In this document: positions 49,879 through 61,400 of the stretch, in pieces | Layout of the letters: each line of letters starts with the position of its first letter | Numbering within the stretch: the stretch's first letter is position 1 | From: a virus | Virus record (IMG/VR): IMGVR_UViG_3300005253_000946 | Length of the DNA stretch: 64,000 nucleotides | Direction: 5' to 3' (one strand) | Made by a program: the position numbers and the translations under genes | Notes under the pieces: generated by a model | What the model saw: only the letters and a program-made list of their open reading frames with translations | Database searches by the model: none | Told to the model about the DNA's origin: nothing

Positions 49879-50664
49879 ATGCCACCTAAAGATAAAAGTA
49901 CACCAGCTGACCTGGATGGACCGCAACCTGCTAGAAGACGTGGTCCTACGAGACCGTTAGGTGTAGGTTCTGCCTACGTCGCTAACCAACCAGGGAATGT
50001 AGGTAAGCCAACAGCTCTTAATACTATTACTGAAACAATAGAGGAAGAAGGGTTACCTGTAGTAGGGATACTTCAAGAAGAACAAGTAGAACCTCCTCCT
50101 GTAGAGGAAGAACCTGAAACAGAGATACCGGAGGAAGAACCTGTTCAAGTTGAGGACGAGACATCCAGCCTTTCTGATATCGATATTGACAAACTTCCTC
50201 TAGATAAGGAGTTTGACTTCTTCGATGAGTACCGTAATTCTAAAAAGGTACGAGCAGAAATCGAGAAAGACTTACCGAAAATCAATATTGGCGATTTGAT
50301 TGTGGCCGGGTATGTTGAGCAGACGGTAAGAGTTATGGAAGGATTTACGGCTACTTTTAGATCGGTAGATGGTGTCTCGATTCTAGGTATTGAACAAGAC
50401 TCTTACACTATCGACGGTAGTGGACAGTACATAATCAGGGTTATGCAGTACAGGCGTCTCGCTATAGGTATCTCCTCTATAAATGGAGATAACCTCCCTC
50501 CTCATTTAGACCACAACAGTGAGTTTGATACAGAATCCTTCAAGAAGAAATTTAAGAGGATAGTGAAACTCCCAGGTAATCTAATCGATATGCTGTGGGC
50601 CAACATGCTGTGGTTTGAAGAAAGGGTTGCAGACGCTGTAACACCAGATTCACTAAAAAACTGA
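49879..50664 (+). CDS. probable tail assembly chaperone (short form)
   Basis: acidic N-terminus; ends CTA AAA AAC TGA, containing an A-AAA-AAC slippery heptamer. Confidence 0.65.
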   Translation: MPPKDKSTPADLDGPQPARRRGPTRPLGVGSAYVANQPGNVGKPTALNTITETIEEEGLPVVGILQEEQVEPPPVEEEPETEIPEEEPVQVEDETSSLSDIDIDKLPLDKEFDFFDEYRNSKKVRAEIEKDLPKINIGDLIVAGYVEQTVRVMEGFTATFRSVDGVSILGIEQDSYTIDGSGQYIIRVMQYRRLAIGISSINGDNLPPHLDHNSEFDTESFKKKFKRIVKLPGNLIDMLWANMLWFEERVADAVTPDSLKN

Positions 50665-51101
50665 TAAGCTCTCCGTACGAGCTTGCTAGGCTACGTTTGT
50701 GGCTATCTACTCTTAAGAAGTATCCCAAAGTAGGCTCATTACAGGAGAGCATTGCAGTATCAGTGACAATGCAAGACTCTCTAGCCAAATTACAGGCTAC
50801 AGAAGTAATAGCTATTGCTGCCTTGGGTGAGCTTATACAAGAGCCGTACAAGTATGTAATAGATTCTCTAGAGCGTTTAAATGAGCTTCTGTACGGTTCT
50901 ACTACGTCTGCAGAAGCTAAACGTAATGTTACAGAAGAGACTATGCTTAAGATGTTGGATAATGCAGCGAAGACTAAAATAGCGATCACTGTTCCAGAGT
51001 GGTACACGACAGGTGGAGAAACCAAGACACTAACTTCAGAACAGAGAGATAAATTAGCTGATCTTAAATCTAAAGGTAGATCGGCAACTAAATTAGATTA
51101 A
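50661..51101 (+). CDS. -1 frameshift extension of the preceding gene
   Basis: -1 frame open from the slippery site (LISSPYELARLRLWLST...); no ATG or SD of its own near the 5' end. Confidence 0.65.
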   Translation: MISSPYELARLRLWLSTLKKYPKVGSLQESIAVSVTMQDSLAKLQATEVIAIAALGELIQEPYKYVIDSLERLNELLYGSTTSAEAKRNVTEETMLKMLDNAAKTKIAITVPEWYTTGGETKTLTSEQRDKLADLKSKGRSATKLD

Positions 51102-51492
51102 GGAGATATTACCATGAGTAAAAAGAATAATAAACAGAAGCAATCGGCACTACCTACCAGAAAAACTATAGTAGGTAACCAGCAATTGATGGATCAGACA
51201 TTAAATAATGTTATCCAAACCCTACAAGCTATGCAGGGAGAGCACGCTAGGGCACTACAAGCAATAAACAGACATGACGCCTCGTTCCTTATTTTACTAA
51301 AGATGATGCAGAATTTGGTAGCAGCTTTAGAAGAGCATGGTATCGGAGATTTACCAGATCCCTCTTTAGAGGGAGTGGTCAAACAGTCTACATGGCTGGC
51401 AGTTTGTAATTCTTTTGCTGTGTTTTGTTACCGTATTGGTGTCTGGTATAAACAAAAAGAGGCTGAAGAATTACAAGCCCAAGAAGAGGCAG

Positions 51493-52152
51493 TTAAGCAG
51501 GAGCAGTCAGAGGAATCCCCCGCGACCTCAGACGAAAGTTAATATCGTCCCATACCTCTTTGTGTATCTCGTCTACTGTCTTAGTGGCGTCGAGTGTGAC
51601 AATATTTATGGCAGGGAGGCCTGCATAAGAAGCTAGTCTTCCTTCATGGATATCGTCCATCAGATCTTTGTAGATGTCGTAAAGACGTGTATGGAAGTCT
51701 AGGTCGAGTCCCTCAAAGCCGCCTGGGTCATCTTTGTCTGGATTAGGACGTGTAAAAGCTTCTTCCGGTTTGATGTCCATAAAGTAGACTACAGATGGAA
51801 AATGGATCCCGAATATAGAAGCTGTTTTACAATAGTCTTGTACTGTCACCAACTGCTCCGATAAGCATTGATAAGCGATAGTAGAGATAGCAGACCTGTC
51901 GCCTACAAATATTTTTTTGGTTTGACCTCCTAAACCAAACTCTGGCCATTCAGGCAGTCCCTGTGCCATAGAAGTCATATATAAACCAAGCTGTGCTCTT
52001 TTGTTTAAATTTAATTCCTTGTTACTAAGGAGTTCTCTAAATATTCCTGATGGTTCTTTAACAAGTTTTGCTCTGTCACCAATCCTGGTGGTTAAGAGAG
52101 TTGCTTGCGTTCCTTTGCCGGATCTTTCTCCGCCTTCGAATGCGACGTACAT
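51493..52152 (-). CDS. tmk: thymidylate (dTMP) kinase
   Basis: FEGGERSGKGTQ P-loop, KEPS, GDRS...AYQ. Confidence 0.9.
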   Translation of the reverse strand: MYVAFEGGERSGKGTQATLLTTRIGDRAKLVKEPSGIFRELLSNKELNLNKRAQLGLYMTSMAQGLPEWPEFGLGGQTKKIFVGDRSAISTIAYQCLSEQLVTVQDYCKTASIFGIHFPSVVYFMDIKPEEAFTRPNPDKDDPGGFEGLDLDFHTRLYDIYKDLMDDIHEGRLASYAGLPAINIVTLDATKTVDEIHKEVWDDINFRLRSRGIPLTAPA

Positions 52153-52265
52153 ATTGGTTCCTTCCTTCCTTTTCGTTTATTTCTTTTAGCTCTTAGTTTG
52201 TGCTTCTTACCCACGTTTATCCTTTCCGTGTCGGTGGTTTTAAGGTTATACTAACTTGATCAGTG

Positions 52266-52294
52266 TTGACTCTTATCAGTTTGAGAACTAGAGT
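52266..52294 (+). promoter_or_regulatory. sigma70-type promoter
   Basis: TTGACT-N17-TAGAGT upstream of the fibre-like gene. Confidence 0.6.
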
Positions 52295-52312
52295 GCTTCT
52301 AGCAATTCCTTT

Positions 52313-53854
52313 TTGAGAGAAAGCTTTATGGCACAAGTTAAAATATTCTCTGAAGCGTATAATACCCCTGAGTCTATAGACGACTTAGTGGCGAGAGTTA
52401 ACACCTTCTTGCTTACGTTGTCTCCAGGAGACCTGGTCACTATAGAGTATAAGTTTTTAGAGAGCAACTACAGAACTCATACTCAGAATGTTTTGTTTGC
52501 TACATTGCTCTATGGTCCAGATGTTGTAGGAGGGTCTACAGTAGGTTCTTCTATCCTAGATTCTATTTCGTCTCCGGTACAAGATTTAACAGGTTTAAGA
52601 AATGTAGAAATAGCAGACCGTGCAGAAAAACAAGTACGGTTAGTAGAGGATGAAGGAGGTCTTTATAGGTTCGATCAACAAGCTGTTGGTGTTGATACGC
52701 CTCCCGCAGGTCCGATAGTCCCTAGTGATTCTCCTATTACTGGTAGATGGTTTAAAACCAGTGCAGCAATTTCCTCTCATAATGTTTTGTCGGGTATTCA
52801 GGGAGGAGCAGCAGGAGATTATCAACATCTTACAGCTGCTGAGTTGACCGCGATTTCCGATAACTCGGTGCATCGTACAAGCGATGGCACCGATCATACC
52901 TTTATAAATCAAGATGTAAGGGTGGCTGCCACCCCGCAATTTGCAGGACTTGGTTTAGGTGGAGCGCCGGGAGCATCGGCAATCTGTCAAATGGATAGCA
53001 CTACGAAGGGGTTTCTGCCTCCTCGGATGACACCCACACAGCGAGACGCCATTGTAAGCCCAGCGACGGGATTATTAGTTTTTAATACAACAGGGAACGG
53101 GTACAATTTTTATACAGGCGCGAATTGGCGTCAACTTATTAATACTCCGGTAGCGACCTTAACTGTTGGCGGTGTTGCTTTTGCAACAGCCTCTAGCATG
53201 ATTGAAACCGATGCCGCAAATTTCTTTTGGGATAATACGACCAAGCGTTTTGGAGTCGGGACGGCAACCCCGAATGCCACATTAGATGTTACAGGTAACT
53301 CCCCCGGAAATGTGGGCGGATTTCCGGCAGGGGCTTTGCAGATAACAAGCCCTACTGACGCTGTAAATGCTAGCGCAGTTATTACAGGCCATAATTCTTA
53401 TCAGGGCAATAAACAGCTTTGGTATCTCGGATCAAGTTCAAGTAGCAATGACAATATAACACTTATAAATAGACAAAATGGTAATTTAGCACTTGCAACA
53501 AATGATACAACAAGAGTGACTATTCAAAGTACTGGTAATGTAGAAATAAACGAATACATAAAACTAGGCTCTGGCGCTCCCGTAATTAAGATGAAGAAAC
53601 TTACCGGAACCGCAGGAGCAGAGGGAAGTACTAACGATATCGTTCATGAGTTGGTAAGAGAAAAAGTTCTTGGAATGGAAGTCTGGGTAACTAATACTTC
53701 AGGGAACCGAGTGCCGCCTGTGTTTACGTCTCTGCCTGAGCACGAATACGACGTATTTATCAGTGCCACTATTGTACGTATTCAACTTACCACAACTAAC
53801 AGCGCCGATATTGCAGGCGGCGCAATTACGATTTTATTAACTTACGAGAACTGA
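52313..53854 (+). CDS. tail-fibre/virion appendage-like protein with a Cse60-like N-terminal module
   Basis: DSTTKGFLPPRMT...GLLVFNTT, RFGVGTATPNATLDV and NDTTRVTIQSTGNV are typical fibre-shaft motifs. Confidence 0.75.
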   Translation: MRESFMAQVKIFSEAYNTPESIDDLVARVNTFLLTLSPGDLVTIEYKFLESNYRTHTQNVLFATLLYGPDVVGGSTVGSSILDSISSPVQDLTGLRNVEIADRAEKQVRLVEDEGGLYRFDQQAVGVDTPPAGPIVPSDSPITGRWFKTSAAISSHNVLSGIQGGAAGDYQHLTAAELTAISDNSVHRTSDGTDHTFINQDVRVAATPQFAGLGLGGAPGASAICQMDSTTKGFLPPRMTPTQRDAIVSPATGLLVFNTTGNGYNFYTGANWRQLINTPVATLTVGGVAFATASSMIETDAANFFWDNTTKRFGVGTATPNATLDVTGNSPGNVGGFPAGALQITSPTDAVNASAVITGHNSYQGNKQLWYLGSSSSSNDNITLINRQNGNLALATNDTTRVTIQSTGNVEINEYIKLGSGAPVIKMKKLTGTAGAEGSTNDIVHELVREKVLGMEVWVTNTSGNRVPPVFTSLPEHEYDVFISATIVRIQLTTTNSADIAGGAITILLTYEN

Positions 53855-53900
53855 TTATATTATGAATAAACGCAAAACAAGTTGAGGCTTTACAGAAAAC

Positions 53901-54371
53901 ATGAAGACAATGAAAAATAGAGATGTATTACGGATCGCTGCCGGGTTGTCTGCGGTAGCCAATATCAAGGGTGTAAAATGGAATTATGCCGTTGCCAGGA
54001 ATCTGCGAACTCTGGAAATGATCGTGCAGAGTTTACAGGATGCCTCAAAACCGCCTGAAGCATTTATGGCCTACCAGAAAGAAAGAATCGATTTATGTAT
54101 CAAGCACGCGGTTAAAGATGACGATGGCAAACCTCAGGTTTCAAACTTTGAATATATTATACAGGATCGTGTTAGTTTCGATGTCGAACTAAAAGCGCTT
54201 CAAGATCAGCACGCGGATATGATCAGCGCGCGCGAGCAACAGATAGAGGAATACAACGAACTATTGGAAGACTCTGTTGATATCAATCTTTTCCTTTTAT
54301 CACCTGATAATATTCCCGAAGAAGTTACGGGCGGTCAGTTAGCCGCTATCATGGAAATCATCGAGGAATAA
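53901..54371 (+). CDS. helical phage protein often found after fibre genes (chaperone-like)
   Basis: KWNYAVARNLRTLE...position directly after the fibre gene. Confidence 0.5.
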   Translation: MKTMKNRDVLRIAAGLSAVANIKGVKWNYAVARNLRTLEMIVQSLQDASKPPEAFMAYQKERIDLCIKHAVKDDDGKPQVSNFEYIIQDRVSFDVELKALQDQHADMISAREQQIEEYNELLEDSVDINLFLLSPDNIPEEVTGGQLAAIMEIIEE

Positions 54372-54619
54372 TTGTGGATTTGATTTCTGTACAATTTATA
54401 GCTAATGGTTCACAGGCTAAGGTACTTGATTTACTTGGAGAAGTTATTCGTGTAAAAGTAACAGTTGGTGGACAGGCTGGTGATAGTGCCGATGTTGAGT
54501 TGATGCATGAATTATGAGCAACCTAGAAATGTACTTGAAGTAAGATAGATGGTTAAACAAGCAAAATTATCTTACAGATCTATAAATGATCTTACCGCCA
54601 GGCACAATAGGATAGGGAT

Positions 54620-54808
54620 ATGAAAGCTGTTAAGATATTTATCAAAACGTTAAACGCTCCTACAGACATAGAAGATCTGGAAGATGAGATTAATACTTGG
54701 TTTGCTACTTTAGATCCTGCGGCAGAAGTAGCTGTGACTCAGACAGTACAAGACAATGAGCTTAGACAGAGGGTACTTTTGTATACGTATTTGTACTCTA
54801 TTCCTTAA
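54620..54808 (+). CDS. small Cse60-like paralogue
   Basis: MKAVKIFIKTLNAPTDIEDLEDEINTWF...VTQTV, similar to the 3678/3924 proteins. Confidence 0.6.
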   Translation: MKAVKIFIKTLNAPTDIEDLEDEINTWFATLDPAAEVAVTQTVQDNELRQRVLLYTYLYSIP

Positions 54809-57800
54809 CCAGAATGCTCGAAGGATGAGTACATAGTTGTATTTTTGTACTCACCTGAAAGCCAATAGTCCGGGTATCTAGGTGCTAAGCGATAATCTCC
54901 GTGCACTATATAATCGTAGATTATCCGTCGACTACACATTCTGAGAGGCTCGTTTACCTTTCTATACATTCCAAGGGGACCTATCAACCAGACTAAGTGT
55001 TTTCTGTGTTGTATCTCACCCATTAGTTTCTCTAGGTCTTTTTGAGAACTGGGCATATTTAAATGCTCTATGTATGCAGGGGCAAAAGTATCAGACCATT
55101 CTTTTAATGGGTTCTCAGATCTTGCTCCCTTACGTACCCACCATCTATATAATTCGTCTGGTATAGATAGCCTGTTTAATTTCATATGAGAGAGACTTTT
55201 GATTCTAATATCTGCAGAAGCAATCATCCTTCCTCCTGACACAATACCGTCTTCTACCAGCAGTGCGCTGTGCTTACTGTTCGTCGCTAACATTTCTCGT
55301 AAGGCAGAACACTACCGCTTTTTCAGGTATGTCTACTATCTCGCTTAGTTCATTACAAAGTTTCATAACATCTCCTCCAAATCTATCTAGTGTGTGTTCT
55401 AGTTGTACGTTTTGTACTAAGGATGGTTGATATTTTTTCCACAACTTTCCTGTTTTAAGGCGTGAGCTTATAACAGATTCTTTAAGTATGCCCTCAAGAA
55501 TTTTTCTACTCACTTTGTCCTCCATAACAGACCGCATCTTCGAATAGAAGAATGCTACCAGACCTATGATCGACTCATCCTCCTGCGTAGCAAGAAAGTG
55601 CGTAAACGGGTTTTGATCTGAACTCATTTCCATACCTATCTACTAGAACAACGAAGTCTAGTTTTCTCCATTCTCGTAGAGATTTAATTCCTGTTTCTTT
55701 CCGAAGTTTGTGGATAAACTCTTCGTCGAACGTTCCGTACTCTTGGTGTGTCACTATACCTGTAGGGGTAACGGTGAGGATTCCATAACCTCTTTCCTCT
55801 CTAGTCGAGAATACAAGTTTAGTTCCAGTACTAGACTCTTCAACTATAATAGTATCTCCCGCAGCAGTGACTCCGTGGTAGAACCACCAATCCCATCCGT
55901 TTAGATAATCGTCTATTTCATATTCTGCACCTTTATGTTTTAACTGTTTTATGTGTACTGCTTCATCACTCATAAGTCCTGGAAGAGACTCTATAGGCTC
56001 AAAGTTATCAAACAGATAGTCCTCTTCTTCAGAATTTAGGTGTCTACTTTTACTATCGTCAATTATACAAATTGTCTTCATACATGAGGGTTCCCCATCG
56101 CTAAAAGGACAACAACTGTCCCTAAAGAATGGGCATCCTTCTGATATCAGAGTGCTGTTCCTTTCAGTATCTTAGTTATGTCTGCTAGAACATCGTCGAT
56201 CTTATACGTTTCTGTCATCTCTAAGAAGATTTTCAGTATGTTCTCTACTACCTTTTTAGAAGTGGCTGCGGCATAAGTTTTTGTGTTAGCTAATTTTTGT
56301 AGTGTTTCCGCAAGAGTTTTTGCAGAGGTTAAAGCAGAGTTCGGATCTCCAACTATTATGTTGCCTACTGCTTTCTCTATTACATTGGTTAATCTTATGT
56401 TTGCCTTTCGGGTTAAGCCAAAATCAATTAAAGTTTTTAACATTGAGATTACCTTTTAGAATTCAACGGATTTATTCTGACCGTTGTTGTTTTGTGTTGG
56501 CTAAGAAAATGTACTTGACCTCCAATTATCTTATACACAATTTCATTTACAACAGGTTTTTCACCACGAACGTCCACTAAAATATTTAACGTTTGACCGT
56601 CTACATCTCTTATAACATTTTCTTCTTCAGAATTTACGGCCGAGATTGTCTCAAAAATAAGGACGTAGCCATAAGCCCTAGTTTGCATATAAATAGATGA
56701 GAACAGTTTACGCCATCTTTTCATGTTCTCTGCTTCAGAAGAATCTAGTGATAAAGGAACTACGTTTGCAAACCGGCCTGACTCTATTAACTTTGTAGAT
56801 GGAAATATTAAAGCGATAACTTCGTGTCGACAATGCTCTGCTAGATACTTTTTTGCTGTATTTGTGTAGTGCTCAAGGAGTTTATCCCTGCTGTGTTTGT
56901 TAGCCTTCATTATCGTCTGACGGTGGTGCCGGAGCACCAAACTCTAAACCTTCTGATGTATCTTCAGGTTCCGGTACTCCTTTATATTTGTCTGGGAGAT
57001 GTGTAGAAAGAAGTGCGTGTATGTCGGTTTCTGACAGGTGTGCGCTAAGTTGTTGGATTAATAGCTCTAAACCTTCCTCTAACTTTATCACCATCTTTGT
57101 AGTGATCTCTTCTGGAGTATTTGGGTCTAGCAGAAGCTCTTTGTCTATCATTTTATGAACTACGAGTTTTGACGAGGTTTCCTCAATCAGGTTAATTATA
57201 AGTTCCAACCTGTCGTCTACAGTAGCTCCAAATATGTCACTTAGTATCTCTACTAACTTCATGTTTTCTGTAATATTCAACTGCAGAAGTTTTCTGTTGG
57301 CATAGATTAAAGGTAGGTCTTCCATTATTTGTCTCCGAGTAAAATTACTCCGTTAAGAATTATGTGGGGTAGGTTGCAATGATCGCACTCCCCTGTTTCG
57401 AATACTCCTAGATACAGCTTGTCTCTTCTTTTAGTTTCTCGCAAGCAGTAGTCGCACAACCAAAAGAAATTTCCACGAACTTCTCCCATCGCCAGACCTA
57501 CTAGGACCTCGTTAATGAACTCATCTAGATGGTCACAGGAATGGCAGTTAAGGGATTTGCACCATATCTCTCCATCAGTAGAACAGTCTTTTAATATCTG
57601 ACAAAAAGCTCCTGGCATTTTTTTCCTCCACAGTACTTATAGCAGCAAAATTAGACTATTGCATTTTATCGAACTATGCGGTATCACTAAGGAAAGGCTC
57701 TTCAACTCTAATAACAGGAGAATAGTAAAATGGCGATAAAGACGAAGAATCTACTGCTTCAACTTTTTCGGGAGTGTGACGCATGTGGAAAAGAATACGG

Positions 57801-58419
57801 AGACACTATACCTTATAATCCGAACAGCCCCCCAGATTTAGAACAACCAACAGACTTAGCGGCTTACGTAGAGATAGATCTTGGAGACGATCAGACATTT
57901 AAAGTCGAGATGAACGATCTCTGTGTAAGATGTAGGAAGAACTTGAAGAGAGTGATTCAAAACTTTTTCAATAAAAGAGCTATTGCTAAGAGAGAAGCTG
58001 CAAGAGTTGACAACTCTGGTGTGGTGGAGGCTTAAAATGATGACAGAACAACCTAAAGATACACAATTTACAGAGATACCTGGGACAGCTGATCAGAGCC
58101 TTGGTGCTCCACCAGCTACCATGTCTATCGACGATCTTACCAATGCTCTGCGTTATGTTTTTAAACTTGAAGGAGGTAAGGCTCAACATAAAGAGGATGG
58201 CGTCATTATGATGCCACGTGGTAGACTCATTGGGATACTACCAGTAGATTTTAGAGAGATTGATGAAGAGTACTCTTCTATAGATGTATCGGTTAGTAGC
58301 CCAAGACAGCCAAATAAAAGATTAACTCTACGTAAAGATGTTAGGTTCTTCTTCTTTCCTCCAGAGATAAAGATAAGTCAGGCCTATGACTACCTGCAGA
58401 AAGTTTTAGTCGGTGACTG

Positions 58420-61400
58420 ATGCCTTTAACTAGTTCTCAAACTGCTAGTCTAATTAATCAGCAGGTAGGAGCTTTCGGCCAACGCGATGCTTATGCAAGT
58501 TCGTTGAGTCCTGGTTACGGTGGAGGTAGAGGTGGAGGTGGTGGGCCTTCTTATAATTCGTATGCTGGGTATGATCCTTTTATGTCCCAGCCTGCAGGAG
58601 GTGTCGGTGCTGGCGGTAATTTTAGTCCCTGGCAGATGCCGCAGAGTGTCCAATCTTTTGGAGGTATGAGAGATCCCTACATGCAGTTTGGGGGTATGGG
58701 TGGAGCGATGTCGTCTCTGATGGGTAGAAACCCTATGTCGATTCCATTTTCTAATTCTCAGATGCGTGGTGCAGCTGGTCAATATATGGGTGAACAGTTA
58801 GGCGGCGCTGCTGTTAGTGCGGGGGCTGGTGCAATTGGTATGGGTGCTACCGTAGGTATGTTAGCTGGAGGTATAGGGTTAGGAAAATTATCTGCTGGTT
58901 TGATGCAGCCGGGTGCTGGTTTAGCTAGTAGAGCAGCTGGAGCAGCTGCTGGTGCCGGAGGTGGTATTCTCAATATGGGCTTTGGTAGTGTGACCTCCGG
59001 TGCTTATGGAGCTGCAAAAGGGGCAGCACTCGGTAGAGGTATGGGTATGACTGCCGCAAGAGGTATAGGCGCTCTTGCTGGTGGAGCAGCTTTTATGCCT
59101 CAATTTGCTGCCGGTATGGCTTTATATCAAGGAGTCGATTACCTAACTGGAAATATGGCTGAAGGTGTGCGTTCTGAAAGACAGGCCCAAGATATTACTC
59201 GTAGGTATGGTAATCAGATGTTTGGAGGAGCTGGTATCGGTGGTGGAGCTGGTGGTGGCGCTACTCGTTCTCAGATGAGGCAGATGGGTGGTTTAATTAG
59301 AGGTATGGGTGCCGAAGATACCCAAACTTCCACAGACGAGTTAATGACCGTCATGGAAAAAATGGGACAAAAAGACATGTTCCGTATGATGGGTACGTCT
59401 AAAAACCCAGAACAGTTTGCCAAGAAGTTTAAAGATACTCTTAAGACCTTAAAGGATGTAGCTAGAGCTACACAAACTTCTCTTGAAGAAGCTGTTGATA
59501 TCTTCGATGAGATAACCCGTATGGGTTTTTATCGTGCTTCTGATGCTGCTCAGTTTGCTTTAAACATGCAAGTGAGTGGAAATTTAACCGGTATGGGTAT
59601 GCAAGGAGCCGGTAGACTAGCTTCACGGGGAGCTGGTGCTGGAGGGTATGCTACTAAGGCAGGAGGCGCAAAGGCAGCTTTAGATATAGGTACCCAACTA
59701 GGGACAATGGAGAAGTTACAGTATATAACACCGGGAGATATAGAGCAGGTCGGCGGCGTAGAGAAGTTCACAGCTTTGCTGCAAGAAGCTGGATCGAGAG
59801 CTTTGCGGACCGAAGAAAGTGGCGGTACAGGAGCAGCGGTAATGCCAGCCATAGCTTTTATGAATAAAAACGGAACAGTTGATAGAAAGGCTATGAACAA
59901 ATTCCTGAACGGTGGAATGTCCTGGTCGGAAGTTAGGGATTTAGCAACTAGAAAATCTGTTGATTTTGGGAGAACTTTTTTAGCTGAACTAGGGAAGAAC
60001 ACTAAAGTGTTCCTGGATGACGTAGGTGGTGACTTACCTTTATTTCTTGAGAAGTTCTCACAAGGAACTGGTGGGCAGATAGCGGTGGGCGCGGGTATTT
60101 CTAAGGAAGCTGGGGTAGGTAAAGCTAGAGCCACTATTTATGGTCCAGATATGGCAGACACTCCAGCCTTTAGAAATATTATGGATGAATTTACTCCTAC
60201 TAATAGGCAGGCCGTTAAAACCCTTCAACAACAAGCTACAGTCCAAGTAGCTAAAAAAGCTGAGATGGACCGGCAAGAAGAGTTATACTCTATAGGAGGT
60301 CACTTAGATAAAGTTTTAGAAAAATTCGCTACTTCTATTCAAAATGCTGCGGCTGATATAGCTAATGCTTTTCAAAAAAAAGTAGTGGATCCTGTAACAG
60401 GCGCTCTTGGAGGTCAGACTCCAGTTATGTCTACCCAGGGTATGAAGACAGCTTTTTTTGCTGAACAAGAATCTTATCTGGCGAAGATGTCTCTAGGCGG
60501 GGCGGGCGGGGACCAAGTTTCTAGACCTTCCTTTGGAGAGGGGAAGTACAGAGTTACGGATTTGTCTTCATATGCTGATATACGTCGGTCTGCTGCTAGA
60601 TTATCCGCTGGTGATGTATCTATAAGAGAAGCTTCATTTAAGGGAAAGGAGTCGGCGTTTAGAGGTATTTTTGCGGCCAACATAGGTACCGAGGGTATGA
60701 AGGATTTAATGAGTGACGTAGAGGTGGGTTTTGGAGATGTACTCACAAGAGCTTTAGAAGCCCGTAGTGGTGATGCGGCAGGACGTGAAACAGCAGCTAA
60801 AATAACTAACACATACCAAAAAACACAATTTTACAAAAGAGTAATAGAAACATACAATCTTGAAGACTTAAATAGAAAAGAATCCGAAGGAGGTTTAAAT
60901 TTAAGCCTGGATTCTTCTGATATAGATCGATTAAATGAGTTCAAACAAGAGTTGGCAGATCAGCTAGGTACGAACTTACCAAATCTTCCTCACGCACTTC
61001 GGAGAGCCACTGGAGGAGAACCTATAGAGGCGACGGTTCTCAGACTTATGGGAAAAGAGAATAGAGGAGAATTAGGAATAAATGCATCTGAGCAGGCTGC
61101 GGGTATGAGGGCCGCTGTCGATACTAGTGGGTTGAATGCAGTAGGTGATGTTCAAGAGGACTTGGAAGACATATTAGGAGATAAAGCGGTAAAAGGTAGT
61201 AAACTTAGTAACGTACTATATGGAGATCAGCAGAAGACCATAGCTAAATTGATGGCTGGTGCATATAAACAGGCTATCGGTATAGGAAAAAGCAAGGGGG
61301 GTAGGTTTACAGACCCAAAAGGGAAGGCTGGTGTACGGGCCAAGCTTTCTGCTTTACGTTCCGCTACAAAGAAAGAGTTGATTAAGCTGGTAGGGCATGA

